Origin: an uncultured Methanoregulaceae archaeon | Lineage (GTDB): Archaea; Halobacteriota; Methanomicrobia; Methanomicrobiales; Methanospirillaceae | Length of the DNA: 64,000 nucleotides | NCBI GenBank assembly: GCA_963737635.1 | Contig: CAVTTL010000001.1 | Location: 1,408,001-1,472,000 of the forward strand | Direction: 5' to 3' | In this document: piece by piece, positions 10,065 through 19,054 of the stretch | Layout of the letters: every line of letters begins with the position of its first letter | Position numbering within the stretch: position 1 is the stretch's first letter | Position numbers and translations under genes: made by a program | Notes under the pieces: generated by a model | Database searches by the model: none | What the model was told of the DNA's origin: nothing | Seen by the model: only the letters and a program-made list of their open reading frames with translations

Positions 10065-11260
10065 ACCGTATAACCCAGTGTCTCCATGGAAAGGGGACTG
10101 TAAGTGCTGTGATGAAACACCGTCACGGAAAAGAGGAAGTCCCCGGCAGGTACCTCGCATTCTCCGGAATGCGCAGGCCGGTCGTTTTCTGGAATCTCAC
10201 CGATCGTTGCAATCTTTCCTGCACCCACTGTTACAGCCGGTCGGAACCGGGGAGCCCGACCGGGGAAGAACTGACGACCGCCGAAGCATTGGCATTCATT
10301 GACGATCTGGCGGTGTCCGGCGTCCCACTAGTCATTTTCACCGGCGGTGAACCCCTCCTTCGCGCCGACCTGTGGGAACTGGCGGATTATTGCAGGAGCA
10401 AACGGATCAAGACTGCGCTAAGCACCAACGGTTCTCTCATTACTGCTGATGTTGCACAAAAAATTAAAGCATGCGGGATCGAGTATGCGGGAATCTCGCT
10501 TGACGGGGCAACGGCATTAATTCACGACCGTTTCCGAAATTCCCCGGGGGCCTTTGACCGGGCTATTGCAGCATTCGCGTGCTGCCAAGAGGCCGGGGTG
10601 CGGTGCGGGGTCCGGGTAACCCTGACAAAAGAGAATCAGGACGATCTTGGCTCCTTAATCGATCTTGCAAGGAAGATAGGGGCCTCACGGTTCTGCCTGT
10701 ACTGGCTTGTTCCCTGCGGAAGGGCGAGCGATGCCTATGACCGACTCCAACTTACGGCGCTTAACGTGATGCGAGCCCTTACCCTTCTCTACCGGAAGGC
10801 ACAGGCGATCCCGGCTGAGGAGATGGAGTTTTTAACGGTCGATGCACCGCAGGATTGTATCCATCTTCTGCATTCCATGGAACACGATGAATCGCCGGAT
10901 CTTTCTGATGCCTGGGATCTCCTTGAATCGCTTAATGGGGGGTGCAGTGCCGGAGATCGGGTGGCAAACGTCGATCCCCGGGGGAATGTGTATCCCTGCC
11001 AGTTTGCCCGCTCTCCCGCGTTCCTTATCGGTAACGTCCGCAGCCGGCGTTTTTCAGAACTCTGGAACGATAATACCAGTCTGGTACTTGCCCGGTTCCG
11101 TACAAGACCCCCCGCGGTAACTGGCAAATGCGAGGATTGCAGGTATCTTCGGCTCTGCGGTGGAGGGTGCCGGGTGCGGGCGTACGCACGGAGCGGGAAC
11201 TTTTTCGGGGAAGATCCATTTTGTTATGTGAGCGGGCATGACACAAGTCCACCCGTGTAA
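10061..11260 (+). CDS. ahbC: Radical SAM Fe-coproporphyrin synthase AhbC-like
   Basis: RPVVFWNLTDRCNLSCTHCY, LTVD..QD, G.VYPCQF and CGGGCRVRA motifs. Confidence 0.75.
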   Translation: MNRITQCLHGKGTVSAVMKHRHGKEEVPGRYLAFSGMRRPVVFWNLTDRCNLSCTHCYSRSEPGSPTGEELTTAEALAFIDDLAVSGVPLVIFTGGEPLLRADLWELADYCRSKRIKTALSTNGSLITADVAQKIKACGIEYAGISLDGATALIHDRFRNSPGAFDRAIAAFACCQEAGVRCGVRVTLTKENQDDLGSLIDLARKIGASRFCLYWLVPCGRASDAYDRLQLTALNVMRALTLLYRKAQAIPAEEMEFLTVDAPQDCIHLLHSMEHDESPDLSDAWDLLESLNGGCSAGDRVANVDPRGNVYPCQFARSPAFLIGNVRSRRFSELWNDNTSLVLARFRTRPPAVTGKCEDCRYLRLCGGGCRVRAYARSGNFFGEDPFCYVSGHDTSPPV

Positions 11261-11467
11261 GCATCGCCGCATATTCTTTTTTGAGGTAGTTTTGAAAGTT
11301 TGAGCATGGGTATTTGAGATTAGCTGGTCTTTTCAGCTGCAACTGTGACCGAAAAGGATCATTATAATGGGTTCAGAAGGGCAGAAGATGTGACTCATGT
11401 TGAGAGGGAGGTGCTTACATTGTTTACCCTATACCGATCACCAGAGCTGTTATCATTTGCCACGTAG

Positions 11468-12607
11468 ATGGAGTACTACACGATGAAAAAGAACCTGCTG
11501 ATGTGGGACGAGTCGTTGTTCCGGGATCCTGATGTATTTGAGATCGATTACCTCCCTGAACAGTTTGAGTTCCGTGACACCCAGATGCGCGAACTCGCTT
11601 TCCAGATCCGCCCCGGTCTCCGGGGGGGAAGACCCCTTAACACCATCTGCAAGGGTTTGCCCGGTTCCGGCAAAACGACAAGTATTAAAAAACTCTTCCA
11701 GGAGATAGAAGAGACGACGAAAAAACTAGTGCCGGTACTTGTTAATTGCCAGATCGATAACACCAAGTTTGCTATTCTCTCCCAGATCTACCGGAAACTC
11801 TCCGGCCATCTTCCGCCTTCTTCGGGGACTTCGTTTAAACAGGTTTTTGACGCGGTTGCCCGTATCCTTCAGAAAGAGGAGTATGTTCTGCTTGTGGCAC
11901 TTGACGACGCCAATTATCTCCTCTACGAAAATGAACTCAACAAAGTACTTTACACACTTCTGCGGGCTCACGAGTCATATGAGGGTGTCCGCATCGGTGT
12001 TGTTGTAATTGTCAGCGACCCGGATGTTGATCTTTCTCGTGCGGTAGATGCTAGGGTCGCATCGGTTTTCAGGCCTACAGAGATCTATTTCCCTCCGTAC
12101 GGGAATGCAGAAGTGCAGGATATAATGAAAGCCCGGGCGATGCAGGGTTTCTTTAATGGGGTCTTAAGTGATGAGATGCTGGATCTCGTAGTCGAACAGA
12201 CCCAGAAAAGCGGCGACCTGAGGGTGGGTATCGATCTCCTCAAACGGGCAGCACTCAATGCGGAACGAGCCGCACGGAGAAGTATCGAACGCGAGGATAT
12301 CTGTGGCGCGTATGCAGTTTCAAAGTACCTTCACCTCGAATATACGGTGAGAACCCTCAAGGAAGAGGAGCGTAAGATCCTCGGGGCACTTGCAACGGCA
12401 AGTGCTACGGGAGCCGAAATGAACGCCGGGGATGTCTATAAATCCATAAAGGAGCAGGTGCCCATCGGGTACACTCGCTTTTACGAGATCGTCAAAAAGA
12501 TGGATGCGATGAGGCTGGTTAATCTCCAGTACCGCGACGGTAAAGGCAGGACCCGGGTGATCACGCTCCGGTACGAACCGGCCAAGGTGCTTGAATATCT
12601 TTTATAA
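11468..12607 (+). CDS. cdc6: ORC1/Cdc6-type replication initiator
   Basis: DYLPE..FRD, Walker A GLPGSGKTT, Walker B VALDD, SGDLR and C-terminal GRTR winged helix. Confidence 0.9.
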   Translation: MEYYTMKKNLLMWDESLFRDPDVFEIDYLPEQFEFRDTQMRELAFQIRPGLRGGRPLNTICKGLPGSGKTTSIKKLFQEIEETTKKLVPVLVNCQIDNTKFAILSQIYRKLSGHLPPSSGTSFKQVFDAVARILQKEEYVLLVALDDANYLLYENELNKVLYTLLRAHESYEGVRIGVVVIVSDPDVDLSRAVDARVASVFRPTEIYFPPYGNAEVQDIMKARAMQGFFNGVLSDEMLDLVVEQTQKSGDLRVGIDLLKRAALNAERAARRSIEREDICGAYAVSKYLHLEYTVRTLKEEERKILGALATASATGAEMNAGDVYKSIKEQVPIGYTRFYEIVKKMDAMRLVNLQYRDGKGRTRVITLRYEPAKVLEYLL

Positions 12608-12676
12608 GGTCGACAGAATATTTTCAAAAATCTTATCTATTTGCGTACCCTCTTCTTATGATACAGGGGTTTTTCT

Positions 12677-13621
12677 ATGTTAAGTGTTAACGAACTGGCA
12701 CTTGAAATATTCGACAACCTCGCCGATCTGGCTGAGGAGTTCAATGCAGCATACCATGAGCTCGATAATGGCGCACGTATCGTCGATTGTGGTGTAAGTA
12801 CCCGGGGTGGGTACGCAGCGGGACGCGCATTTACCGAGATCTGCATGGGCGGTCTGGGAGAGGTTAACTTCAGGATGGGACAAATAAAAGAATTCCCCCA
12901 GCCTTTCATCGATGTGAATACCGATTTTCCCTCGATTGCCTGTCTTGGGGCCCAGAAGGCTGGTTGGACCGTTAAGGTGGGAAATTACTTTGCGATGGGC
13001 AGCGGCCCGGCCCGGGCGCTCTCCCTCAAGCCGAAACACACGTTTGAAGTGATCGACTATGAGGACGACTATGACTGCGCAGTGATCTGTCTTGAGTCCG
13101 ATCACCTGCCAAACGGTGAGGTTATGGAAAAGATTGCCGAGGAATGCCATGTCGATGTGGCAAATACCTGTGCAGTGGTCGCACCTACTTCGTCGATTGT
13201 CGGATCGATCCAGGTGTCGGGGCGCTGCGTGGAGACTGCGATCTACAAGTTAAACGAACTCGGGTTTGACACAAGGAAGATAACCTCTGCGATCGGAACG
13301 GCGCCGATTCCGCCGGTCAGGGGAGCAAAACGCGCGATGGGAGTTACCAACGATGCGACTATCTATCACGGCCAGATCCAGCTCACGATGAATGCCCCGG
13401 AGATCAAAGATTATCTCGAAAAGATCCCGAGCAGCAAGTCCAAAGGCTACGGCAAGCCGTTCAACGATATATTCAAGGAAGCAGGGAATGACTTCTACAA
13501 GATCGATACCTCCCTCTTCTCGCCGGCAGAAGTTGTCATCAATGAGCTCTCCGATGGGAGCGTCTATCATGTCGGCGCAGTGAATAATGATGTGACCTTG
13601 AAGTCATTCGGGCTGCAGTAA
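12677..13621 (+). CDS. mch: Methenyltetrahydromethanopterin cyclohydrolase
   Basis: MLSVN, CMGGLG, ACLGAQKAGW, MGSGPARAL and DFYKID..LFSPA motifs. Confidence 0.95.
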   Translation: MLSVNELALEIFDNLADLAEEFNAAYHELDNGARIVDCGVSTRGGYAAGRAFTEICMGGLGEVNFRMGQIKEFPQPFIDVNTDFPSIACLGAQKAGWTVKVGNYFAMGSGPARALSLKPKHTFEVIDYEDDYDCAVICLESDHLPNGEVMEKIAEECHVDVANTCAVVAPTSSIVGSIQVSGRCVETAIYKLNELGFDTRKITSAIGTAPIPPVRGAKRAMGVTNDATIYHGQIQLTMNAPEIKDYLEKIPSSKSKGYGKPFNDIFKEAGNDFYKIDTSLFSPAEVVINELSDGSVYHVGAVNNDVTLKSFGLQ

Positions 13622-13694
13622 TTTCCCTTTTTTTGTCGGACCTTGTTCTCCACGACATTGAAAATTCAAGACTACTTAAGGGGCTCAGCTGCTT

Positions 13695-13973
13695 TTACCA
13701 CTTCACCCAGAATCCTTTGAACTCTCCGGTAGCTTCACCCTCTGCTATCTGCAGCTCTTCGACACGGATTACCTTATCAGCCCGGGCCCACACAGTCCTG
13801 ATGAAATCATCAAGTGCCGTAGGAGACCCTTCGGCTATTATGTAAACAGAACCATCGCGCATGTTCTGTACCGAACCGTGCAGGCCAAGCCGGTGAGCGC
13901 AGTCCGATACATATTGCCGGTACCCCACACCCTGAACTGTACCGGTTGCTACCGCGGTAACCCGTCTCATCAT
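13695..13973 (-). CDS. acyP: Acylphosphatase
   Basis: GTVQGVGYR and G.VQN..DGSV..AEG motifs. Confidence 0.85.
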   Translation of the reverse strand: MMRRVTAVATGTVQGVGYRQYVSDCAHRLGLHGSVQNMRDGSVYIIAEGSPTALDDFIRTVWARADKVIRVEELQIAEGEATGEFKGFWVKW

Positions 13974-14102
13974 TCCTGAGCTGGAAGACCATTGTTTTAA
14001 GTCTTCCCGTTTTTGTTCAGGTAAATTGTCAGACTCCGCGAAAAAATCGCCGAACCGTGTTACCAAAGAAAAACTGAACGTATATTGGTTATGATTCCGT
14101 TC

Positions 14103-14741
14103 TTATTCCGGAGGTTTTTTTATCAACAAGAATGGCATCAGCAGGATTATAGCGAGGATGATCATGAACTCCGCAAAAAGGTAAAGGAGATCTTCCCGGG
14201 CCTGATCGTAGAACCGGAGGTTGAACGACATTGCATCATTCCACGTTACCTGCGTGGAATTATCCGGAAACCGGGTAACGTTGGCTCCGGGACTTAATCC
14301 GGCAAGAAGTGGGTTACGCACATCGTACTCGCCGGGCAGGGTCACGGTCACGTTGTAAGGGGAAAAGAATGAACCTTGGATCTGATTGTCTTGGAGAGGA
14401 GCAATGTAAGAGATGGTATAGTTGCCCTTAGCGAACGTTATTACTGAGGGGGCATTCCACTGGGTACTCCAGTTAAAATCCACCGCCGTGCCGTTCTCTG
14501 CAATCAGAGTAACATTGGTGACGGTGACGGGGATATTCTCACCCACCAGATCGGTATTGGCAAATTGGTAGTTTGATGAATCCGCGACGTCAACCTGAGC
14601 GGCATATGAGGTAGCGTTGGGCAGCACCAAGTAGGTGGCATTAAGTGCCAAGGCTGAAGGAGCCACTACGAACGCAATTATAAATGCAGCGCAGAGAGCA
14701 GCGATGGCAGGTCTGCGTCGATTTCCACAGGGGGTTCGCAT
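14103..14741 (-). CDS. Secreted, C-terminally anchored protein (DUF5803-like)
   Basis: Signal-like N-terminus, VRNPLLAGLSPG and LRFYD motifs, C-terminal TM; start overlaps the thrC 3' end. Confidence 0.6.
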   Translation of the reverse strand: MRTPCGNRRRPAIAALCAAFIIAFVVAPSALALNATYLVLPNATSYAAQVDVADSSNYQFANTDLVGENIPVTVTNVTLIAENGTAVDFNWSTQWNAPSVITFAKGNYTISYIAPLQDNQIQGSFFSPYNVTVTLPGEYDVRNPLLAGLSPGANVTRFPDNSTQVTWNDAMSFNLRFYDQAREDLLYLFAEFMIILAIILLMPFLLIKKPPE

Positions 14742-15889
14742 TGTTTGATCACCGTATCCGGGTCCTTTAAAAGGTGGCCGGTCACTACACATACGATCTT
14801 CTCATCGCGATCGATTGCTCCGATCTCGCAGAGCTTGCGGATACCGGCTACTGAAGCCGCAGATGCCGGCTCTACACCAATGCCTTCCTTGCGGGCAAGA
14901 TCGCGCTGCATCGCAAGGATCTCCTCATCGGTTACTGATTCTGCGGTTCCGCCGGTCTTTCGGATCGCTACCAGCGCTTTCTCGGCGTTCACTGGGGCAC
15001 CGATCCGGATCGCCGATGCGATAGTCTCAGGATGCTCTTCGGTCAAGACGGATGGTAGGTTTTCTTTTACTGCTCTGACTATAGGGCTTGCGCCGGCAGC
15101 CTGAATGCCGGTCATTTTTGGCAGCCGGTCGATGAAACCAAGCGCTTCGAGTTCCAGCAGCCCTTTATAGACTGCGGAGATGTTGCCCGCATTTCCTACC
15201 GGGAGAACAAAACGGTCGGGGACACTTCCCATCTGGTCGATAGCCTCAAACCCGATCGTTTTCTGGCCTTCCAGCCGGTAGGGGTTAATAGAGTTCAAGA
15301 GATATAACCCGTGTGTAAGGCAGAGATCGTGAACCATCTCAAGCGCACGATCGAAATTCCCCCGGATTGAAATGACTTTTGCACCGTGCATCAGGGCTTG
15401 TGCCACCTTGCCAAGCGCCACGTGACCCGCCGGAAGGAGTACTACCGCAGGTATTCCGGCCTTTGCTGCATATACCGCGAGGCTTGCTGAAGTATTCCCC
15501 GTGCTTGCGCAGGCAACGCTTTTCTTATTGAGCTGGAGTGCCATCGAGACACCCACCGTCATCCCGCGGTCCTTAAAAGAACCCGAGGGATTCATGCCTT
15601 CATGCTTGGCATAGAGATACTTAAGGCCCATCTCGTCCCCGAGGCGTTTTAAGTGATAGAGTGGAGTACCCCCTTCGCACAGGGATACCGGCTCGATATG
15701 AACCGGCAGAATCTCCTTATAGCGCCAGACTGAGAGCGGTCGGGCATCCCAGGTTGCACGCTTTACGTTAATTGTATCGAGGGGATATTTCACCGCGAGC
15801 AGGTGGCCGCATTTTTTACAGTTATAGAGGATCTCGTCAGCGGGATACGTCGTACCGCAGTGAACGCACACGAGATGGTACATGTTCAT
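14678..15889 (-). CDS. thrC: Threonine synthase
   Basis: NPSGSFKDRG PLP-lysine motif, CASTGNTSAS, PVGNAGN and EPASAA. Confidence 0.95.
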   Translation of the reverse strand: MNMYHLVCVHCGTTYPADEILYNCKKCGHLLAVKYPLDTINVKRATWDARPLSVWRYKEILPVHIEPVSLCEGGTPLYHLKRLGDEMGLKYLYAKHEGMNPSGSFKDRGMTVGVSMALQLNKKSVACASTGNTSASLAVYAAKAGIPAVVLLPAGHVALGKVAQALMHGAKVISIRGNFDRALEMVHDLCLTHGLYLLNSINPYRLEGQKTIGFEAIDQMGSVPDRFVLPVGNAGNISAVYKGLLELEALGFIDRLPKMTGIQAAGASPIVRAVKENLPSVLTEEHPETIASAIRIGAPVNAEKALVAIRKTGGTAESVTDEEILAMQRDLARKEGIGVEPASAASVAGIRKLCEIGAIDRDEKIVCVVTGHLLKDPDTVIKQCEPPVEIDADLPSLLSALHL

Positions 15890-15946
15890 CTATTGGTTTT
15901 CCGGGTACATATAGGCAAGCGTTAAAAGTGAAATGTCATTCCTGAC

Positions 15947-16732
15947 CTATTCCAGGAGGGAGATGTACAGAGAGTCCTTTCGGTCATTTTCAACAGGAAA
16001 GTCCCGACGGAGAAGTTCTACCATATCGGGATCGATCTCGTAATATAAAAGTTCGGTATCTTTACCTGCTCTGGCAATAATCATTCCGAGGGGGTCAGCG
16101 GTCATAGACGCTCCGGAGTACTGGTCGACCGGATTTGTGCCGGTGGCGTTTACACCAGCGACATACATCTGGTTCTCCGCCGCCCGGGACTGGATAAAGA
16201 GTTCCCAGAAGCGAAGCCGGCTCTCCGGCCAAGCCGCAGGGATAATAACTGCGTGTACGCCTTTCTTCCGGTACAACCGGAAAATCTCCGGGAAACGGAG
16301 ATCGTAACAGATTGCAAGGCCAAAGCGCACACCTTCGACAGTAAAAGTCGCAAGCCCGGTGCCCGGGGTAAATGCCAAGTCTTCATGTTCAGGTCTGAAA
16401 AGGTGGATCTTCGCGTACGCGGCAAGAATCTCACCGTTGCGACCGATGGCAATGGCGGTGTTCCGCGGTTTGGGAACGAACGCTTCGCGAAAGGATCCTA
16501 CTACTGCAATCGAGTTCTTTTTTGCCATTCTTTGAAGCGAGGTTACTATCGTTCCAGTAATGTCTTCAATATTTTTTATCGAAACCGGATCCCAGCAGGT
16601 TGAAAATTGTTCGGGAAAAGAGATAAGTGCGGCCCCGGATTGGGCGGCATCATACACAATTTCTTCAGTTTTTTCAAGGGTCTGTTCCGGTGATTCCCAT
16701 ACGCCACTGATCTGGGCGCTGCAGCATCGCAT
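15947..16732 (-). CDS. Carbon-nitrogen hydrolase (nitrilase family)
   Basis: FPE, YAKIHLF and ICYDLRFPE give the E-K-C catalytic triad. Confidence 0.9.
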   Translation of the reverse strand: MRCCSAQISGVWESPEQTLEKTEEIVYDAAQSGAALISFPEQFSTCWDPVSIKNIEDITGTIVTSLQRMAKKNSIAVVGSFREAFVPKPRNTAIAIGRNGEILAAYAKIHLFRPEHEDLAFTPGTGLATFTVEGVRFGLAICYDLRFPEIFRLYRKKGVHAVIIPAAWPESRLRFWELFIQSRAAENQMYVAGVNATGTNPVDQYSGASMTADPLGMIIARAGKDTELLYYEIDPDMVELLRRDFPVENDRKDSLYISLLE

Positions 16733-16745
16733 CGGTCACCCAAAA

Positions 16746-16952
16746 CTAAATTTTGGCGTCCTGCCCGCTTTTCCTGTCGACATACAGGATTATCACAGCA
16801 CCCATAACGACGAGTACGATTGCCGTGAGCAGGAGAAACCGAACCATGGAATGGAGAACACCGAGTAGCGCAGCGGCCAAGATAAGTCCCGCCGCGACTA
16901 TACTGCAACCGACGAGTATCACACCAACTGTCGCTATGTCCCAATCAGCCAT
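16746..16952 (-). CDS. Small two-TM membrane protein
   Basis: 68 aa hydrophobic ORF coupled to marC. Confidence 0.55.
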   Translation of the reverse strand: MADWDIATVGVILVGCSIVAAGLILAAALLGVLHSMVRFLLLTAIVLVVMGAVIILYVDRKSGQDAKI

Positions 16953-17602
16953 TATGACCCTCCCATCAGCGGAAACGCAATTTTTATCCCCGTAATTACA
17001 AACTGAACAGCAATGGCAATAAGCAATATCCCCATCAACCGGTTGATAACCCGGTACTGCCGCTGGCCGATTTTGCGTATGATATAATCAGCGTACATCA
17101 TCATAAAATAGGTGATCACGATCGCTATGCAAATCGATACAAAAATTACAAGCCATGCAATTGTGGACATTCCTGAGGCCTCATTGGTAAGCACGATTGT
17201 AGTGGTAATCGCCCCGGGGCCAGCAATCATGGGGATGGCGAGCGGCATAACCGCAACATCTTCGTTGTCCCGCGATTCATATTTCTCGGTGGCTGTAAGC
17301 TTGGTTCGTGAAGTCTTTGCGTAGACCATCTCCATACCGATCCCAAAAAGGAGGATGCCCCCGGCGATCCGAAATGCTTCAAGAGTGATCCCTAGGATCT
17401 GAAGGATCACTGTCCCGGCAATCCCCGCAACAATGAGGATGACAAGCGCGAAGGTGCAGGCATCCCTGACAATCTGCTCTTTTAACGGCTTTTCAAGTTT
17501 CTCCGTAAGGGCAATATAGGTTAGAGTTGCTCCCAGAGGATTTACAATGATAATAATGGAAGAAAGGCTTAGCAAGGAGAAACTGAGCAAGTCGCTGGCC
17601 AT
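16952..17602 (-). CDS. MarC-family membrane protein
   Basis: NPLG, F.IAGGILLF.IG and PLAIPMIAGPGAIT motifs. Confidence 0.9.
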   Translation of the reverse strand: MASDLLSFSLLSLSSIIIIVNPLGATLTYIALTEKLEKPLKEQIVRDACTFALVILIVAGIAGTVILQILGITLEAFRIAGGILLFGIGMEMVYAKTSRTKLTATEKYESRDNEDVAVMPLAIPMIAGPGAITTTIVLTNEASGMSTIAWLVIFVSICIAIVITYFMMMYADYIIRKIGQRQYRVINRLMGILLIAIAVQFVITGIKIAFPLMGGS

Positions 17603-17650
17603 GAAGAAAAAACAGTTCTTATCGATAATAGAGATTACGGTAAAAAGAGA

Positions 17651-18103
17651 CTAGTATTCATATAACATGGATTCATCAATCCGGGTATATGCGAATTGTT
17701 CAGTAGGTTTGAAATGAATACCAATCTCCCTAGTGGCACTCTCCGGGGAATCGGAGGCGTGGATCACGTTCCTGCCGATATCGATTCCGAAATCACCCCT
17801 GATCGTTCCGGGTGCTGCTTCCTGCGGGTTTGTTGCGCCGATTAACTTACGGACGATCGCGACAGCATTCCTGCCTTCCCAGATCATCAGAAAGCAGGGG
17901 CCTCCCATAATATAAGTTTTCAGGGATGGGAAGAATGCCTTCGAAAGATGTTCCCGGTACTGTTCGGTGACCCTTGTCTCGGGCAGCACCTCGATACGGG
18001 CTGCCACCAGTTTGAGGCCCTTTCTCTCGAGCCGGGAAACGATCTCGCCAACAAGACCGCGCTGGACACCGTCAGGCTTGATCATCACGAAGGTACGGTC
18101 CAT
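17651..18103 (-). CDS. ndk: Nucleoside diphosphate kinase
   Basis: [21 protein letters not shown] and NVIHASDS motifs. Confidence 0.95.
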   Translation of the reverse strand: MDRTFVMIKPDGVQRGLVGEIVSRLERKGLKLVAARIEVLPETRVTEQYREHLSKAFFPSLKTYIMGGPCFLMIWEGRNAVAIVRKLIGATNPQEAAPGTIRGDFGIDIGRNVIHASDSPESATREIGIHFKPTEQFAYTRIDESMLYEY

Positions 18104-18111
18104 ACGGGAGA

Positions 18112-18303
18112 TCACTCCTTGTTCGAACTCTTCTGCCCTGCAGCCGTCCACTCAACCCGGCGGGGAACCCTGCCCAGTTTGTGGTTATTCTGGCACTTGG
18201 TGCTGCAGAAATAAAAGATCGTGCCATCTTTTTTGATAAACATCTTGCCGGTGCCCGGCTCGAGTTGTGTACCGCAAAAACTGCAGATATGCTGTTCAAC
18301 CAT
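18112..18303 (-). CDS. rpl24e: 50S ribosomal protein L24e
   Basis: CSFCG..EPGTG.M...DG...FCS.KC and PRRVEWT motifs. Confidence 0.95.
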   Translation of the reverse strand: MVEQHICSFCGTQLEPGTGKMFIKKDGTIFYFCSTKCQNNHKLGRVPRRVEWTAAGQKSSNKE

Positions 18304-18308
18304 CTGGT

Positions 18309-18518
18309 TCACCGCCTCGATAGTTTCTTTGCCTCGCGTTCGGTCTCAAGGAGCATGATAATATCTCCTTCCCGGATTGGTCCGACCGTATTGCGGGTGA
18401 TAATGCGTCCTTTGTTATTGCCATCAAGGATCCGGCACTTGACTTGCATCGCTTCCCCGTGCATACCGGTGGAACCGACAACCTCAATGACTTCTGCGGG
18501 CGTTGCGTCGTCAGCCAT
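18309..18518 (-). CDS. rps28e: 30S ribosomal protein S28e
   Basis: [14 protein letters not shown] and GDI.ML.ETEREA motifs. Confidence 0.95.
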   Translation of the reverse strand: MADDATPAEVIEVVGSTGMHGEAMQVKCRILDGNNKGRIITRNTVGPIREGDIIMLLETEREAKKLSRR

Positions 18519-18527
18519 GATCGCCCC

Positions 18528-18896
18528 TTATGCCTTTAATGCAACCAGCTGCTTTGCGAGATCCTCGATCACTTCTTTTGCCTTGCCGGGCTTGACAATT
18601 GCTGCAGCAGCAGAACCGACGTCAAGGCCGCTGGCGGCACCGATATCGTTTTGTTTGTTTATGAAGATGTAGGGGATCTTTTTCTCATCGCATAAGGGAG
18701 CCAGATGCATAACGATCTCTGCGGGTTCAACGTCAGATCCAATTAAAACAAGCAGTGCGGCGCTGCGCTCTATGGCTTTTGTTGCCTCGTTTGAACCTTT
18801 TTTGATCTTCCCGGTGTCTCTTGCAACTTCAAGGGCTTCAAGCGCCTTGTTCTGGAGCTCCTCAGGAGCCTCGGTTTTTACGTATCCTTTTGCCAT
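18528..18896 (-). CDS. rpl7ae: 50S ribosomal protein L7Ae
   Basis: [23 protein letters not shown] and GAASGL motifs. Confidence 0.95.
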   Translation of the reverse strand: MAKGYVKTEAPEELQNKALEALEVARDTGKIKKGSNEATKAIERSAALLVLIGSDVEPAEIVMHLAPLCDEKKIPYIFINKQNDIGAASGLDVGSAAAAIVKPGKAKEVIEDLAKQLVALKA

Positions 18897-18904
18897 AACT
18901 CACC

Positions 18905-18945
18905 TCATTCAGGAGCCAGTTTGCCCCTTCATTACTCATCAGTCA
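18905..18945 (-). promoter_or_regulatory. Probable kink-turn in the rpl7ae 5' UTR
   Basis: mRNA AAU-GA-AGGGGC...GCUCCU-GA gives tandem G.A pairs on a 6-bp stem next to the SD (GAGGUGA). Confidence 0.55.
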
Positions 18946-19054
18946 GCAGTGATGCAGCCATATCATTTCATCAAGAGGAGAAATAAAGGTTTGTGAGCAG
19001 TAAAGATATCAACAAGGCTGGGTATCTCACAGATCCATGGACAGTTTGCGCGCA

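Noticed and set aside
11261-11467. Replication origin upstream of cdc6
   Set aside because: Short intergenic region with no repeated ORB-like motifs or AT-rich unwinding element.
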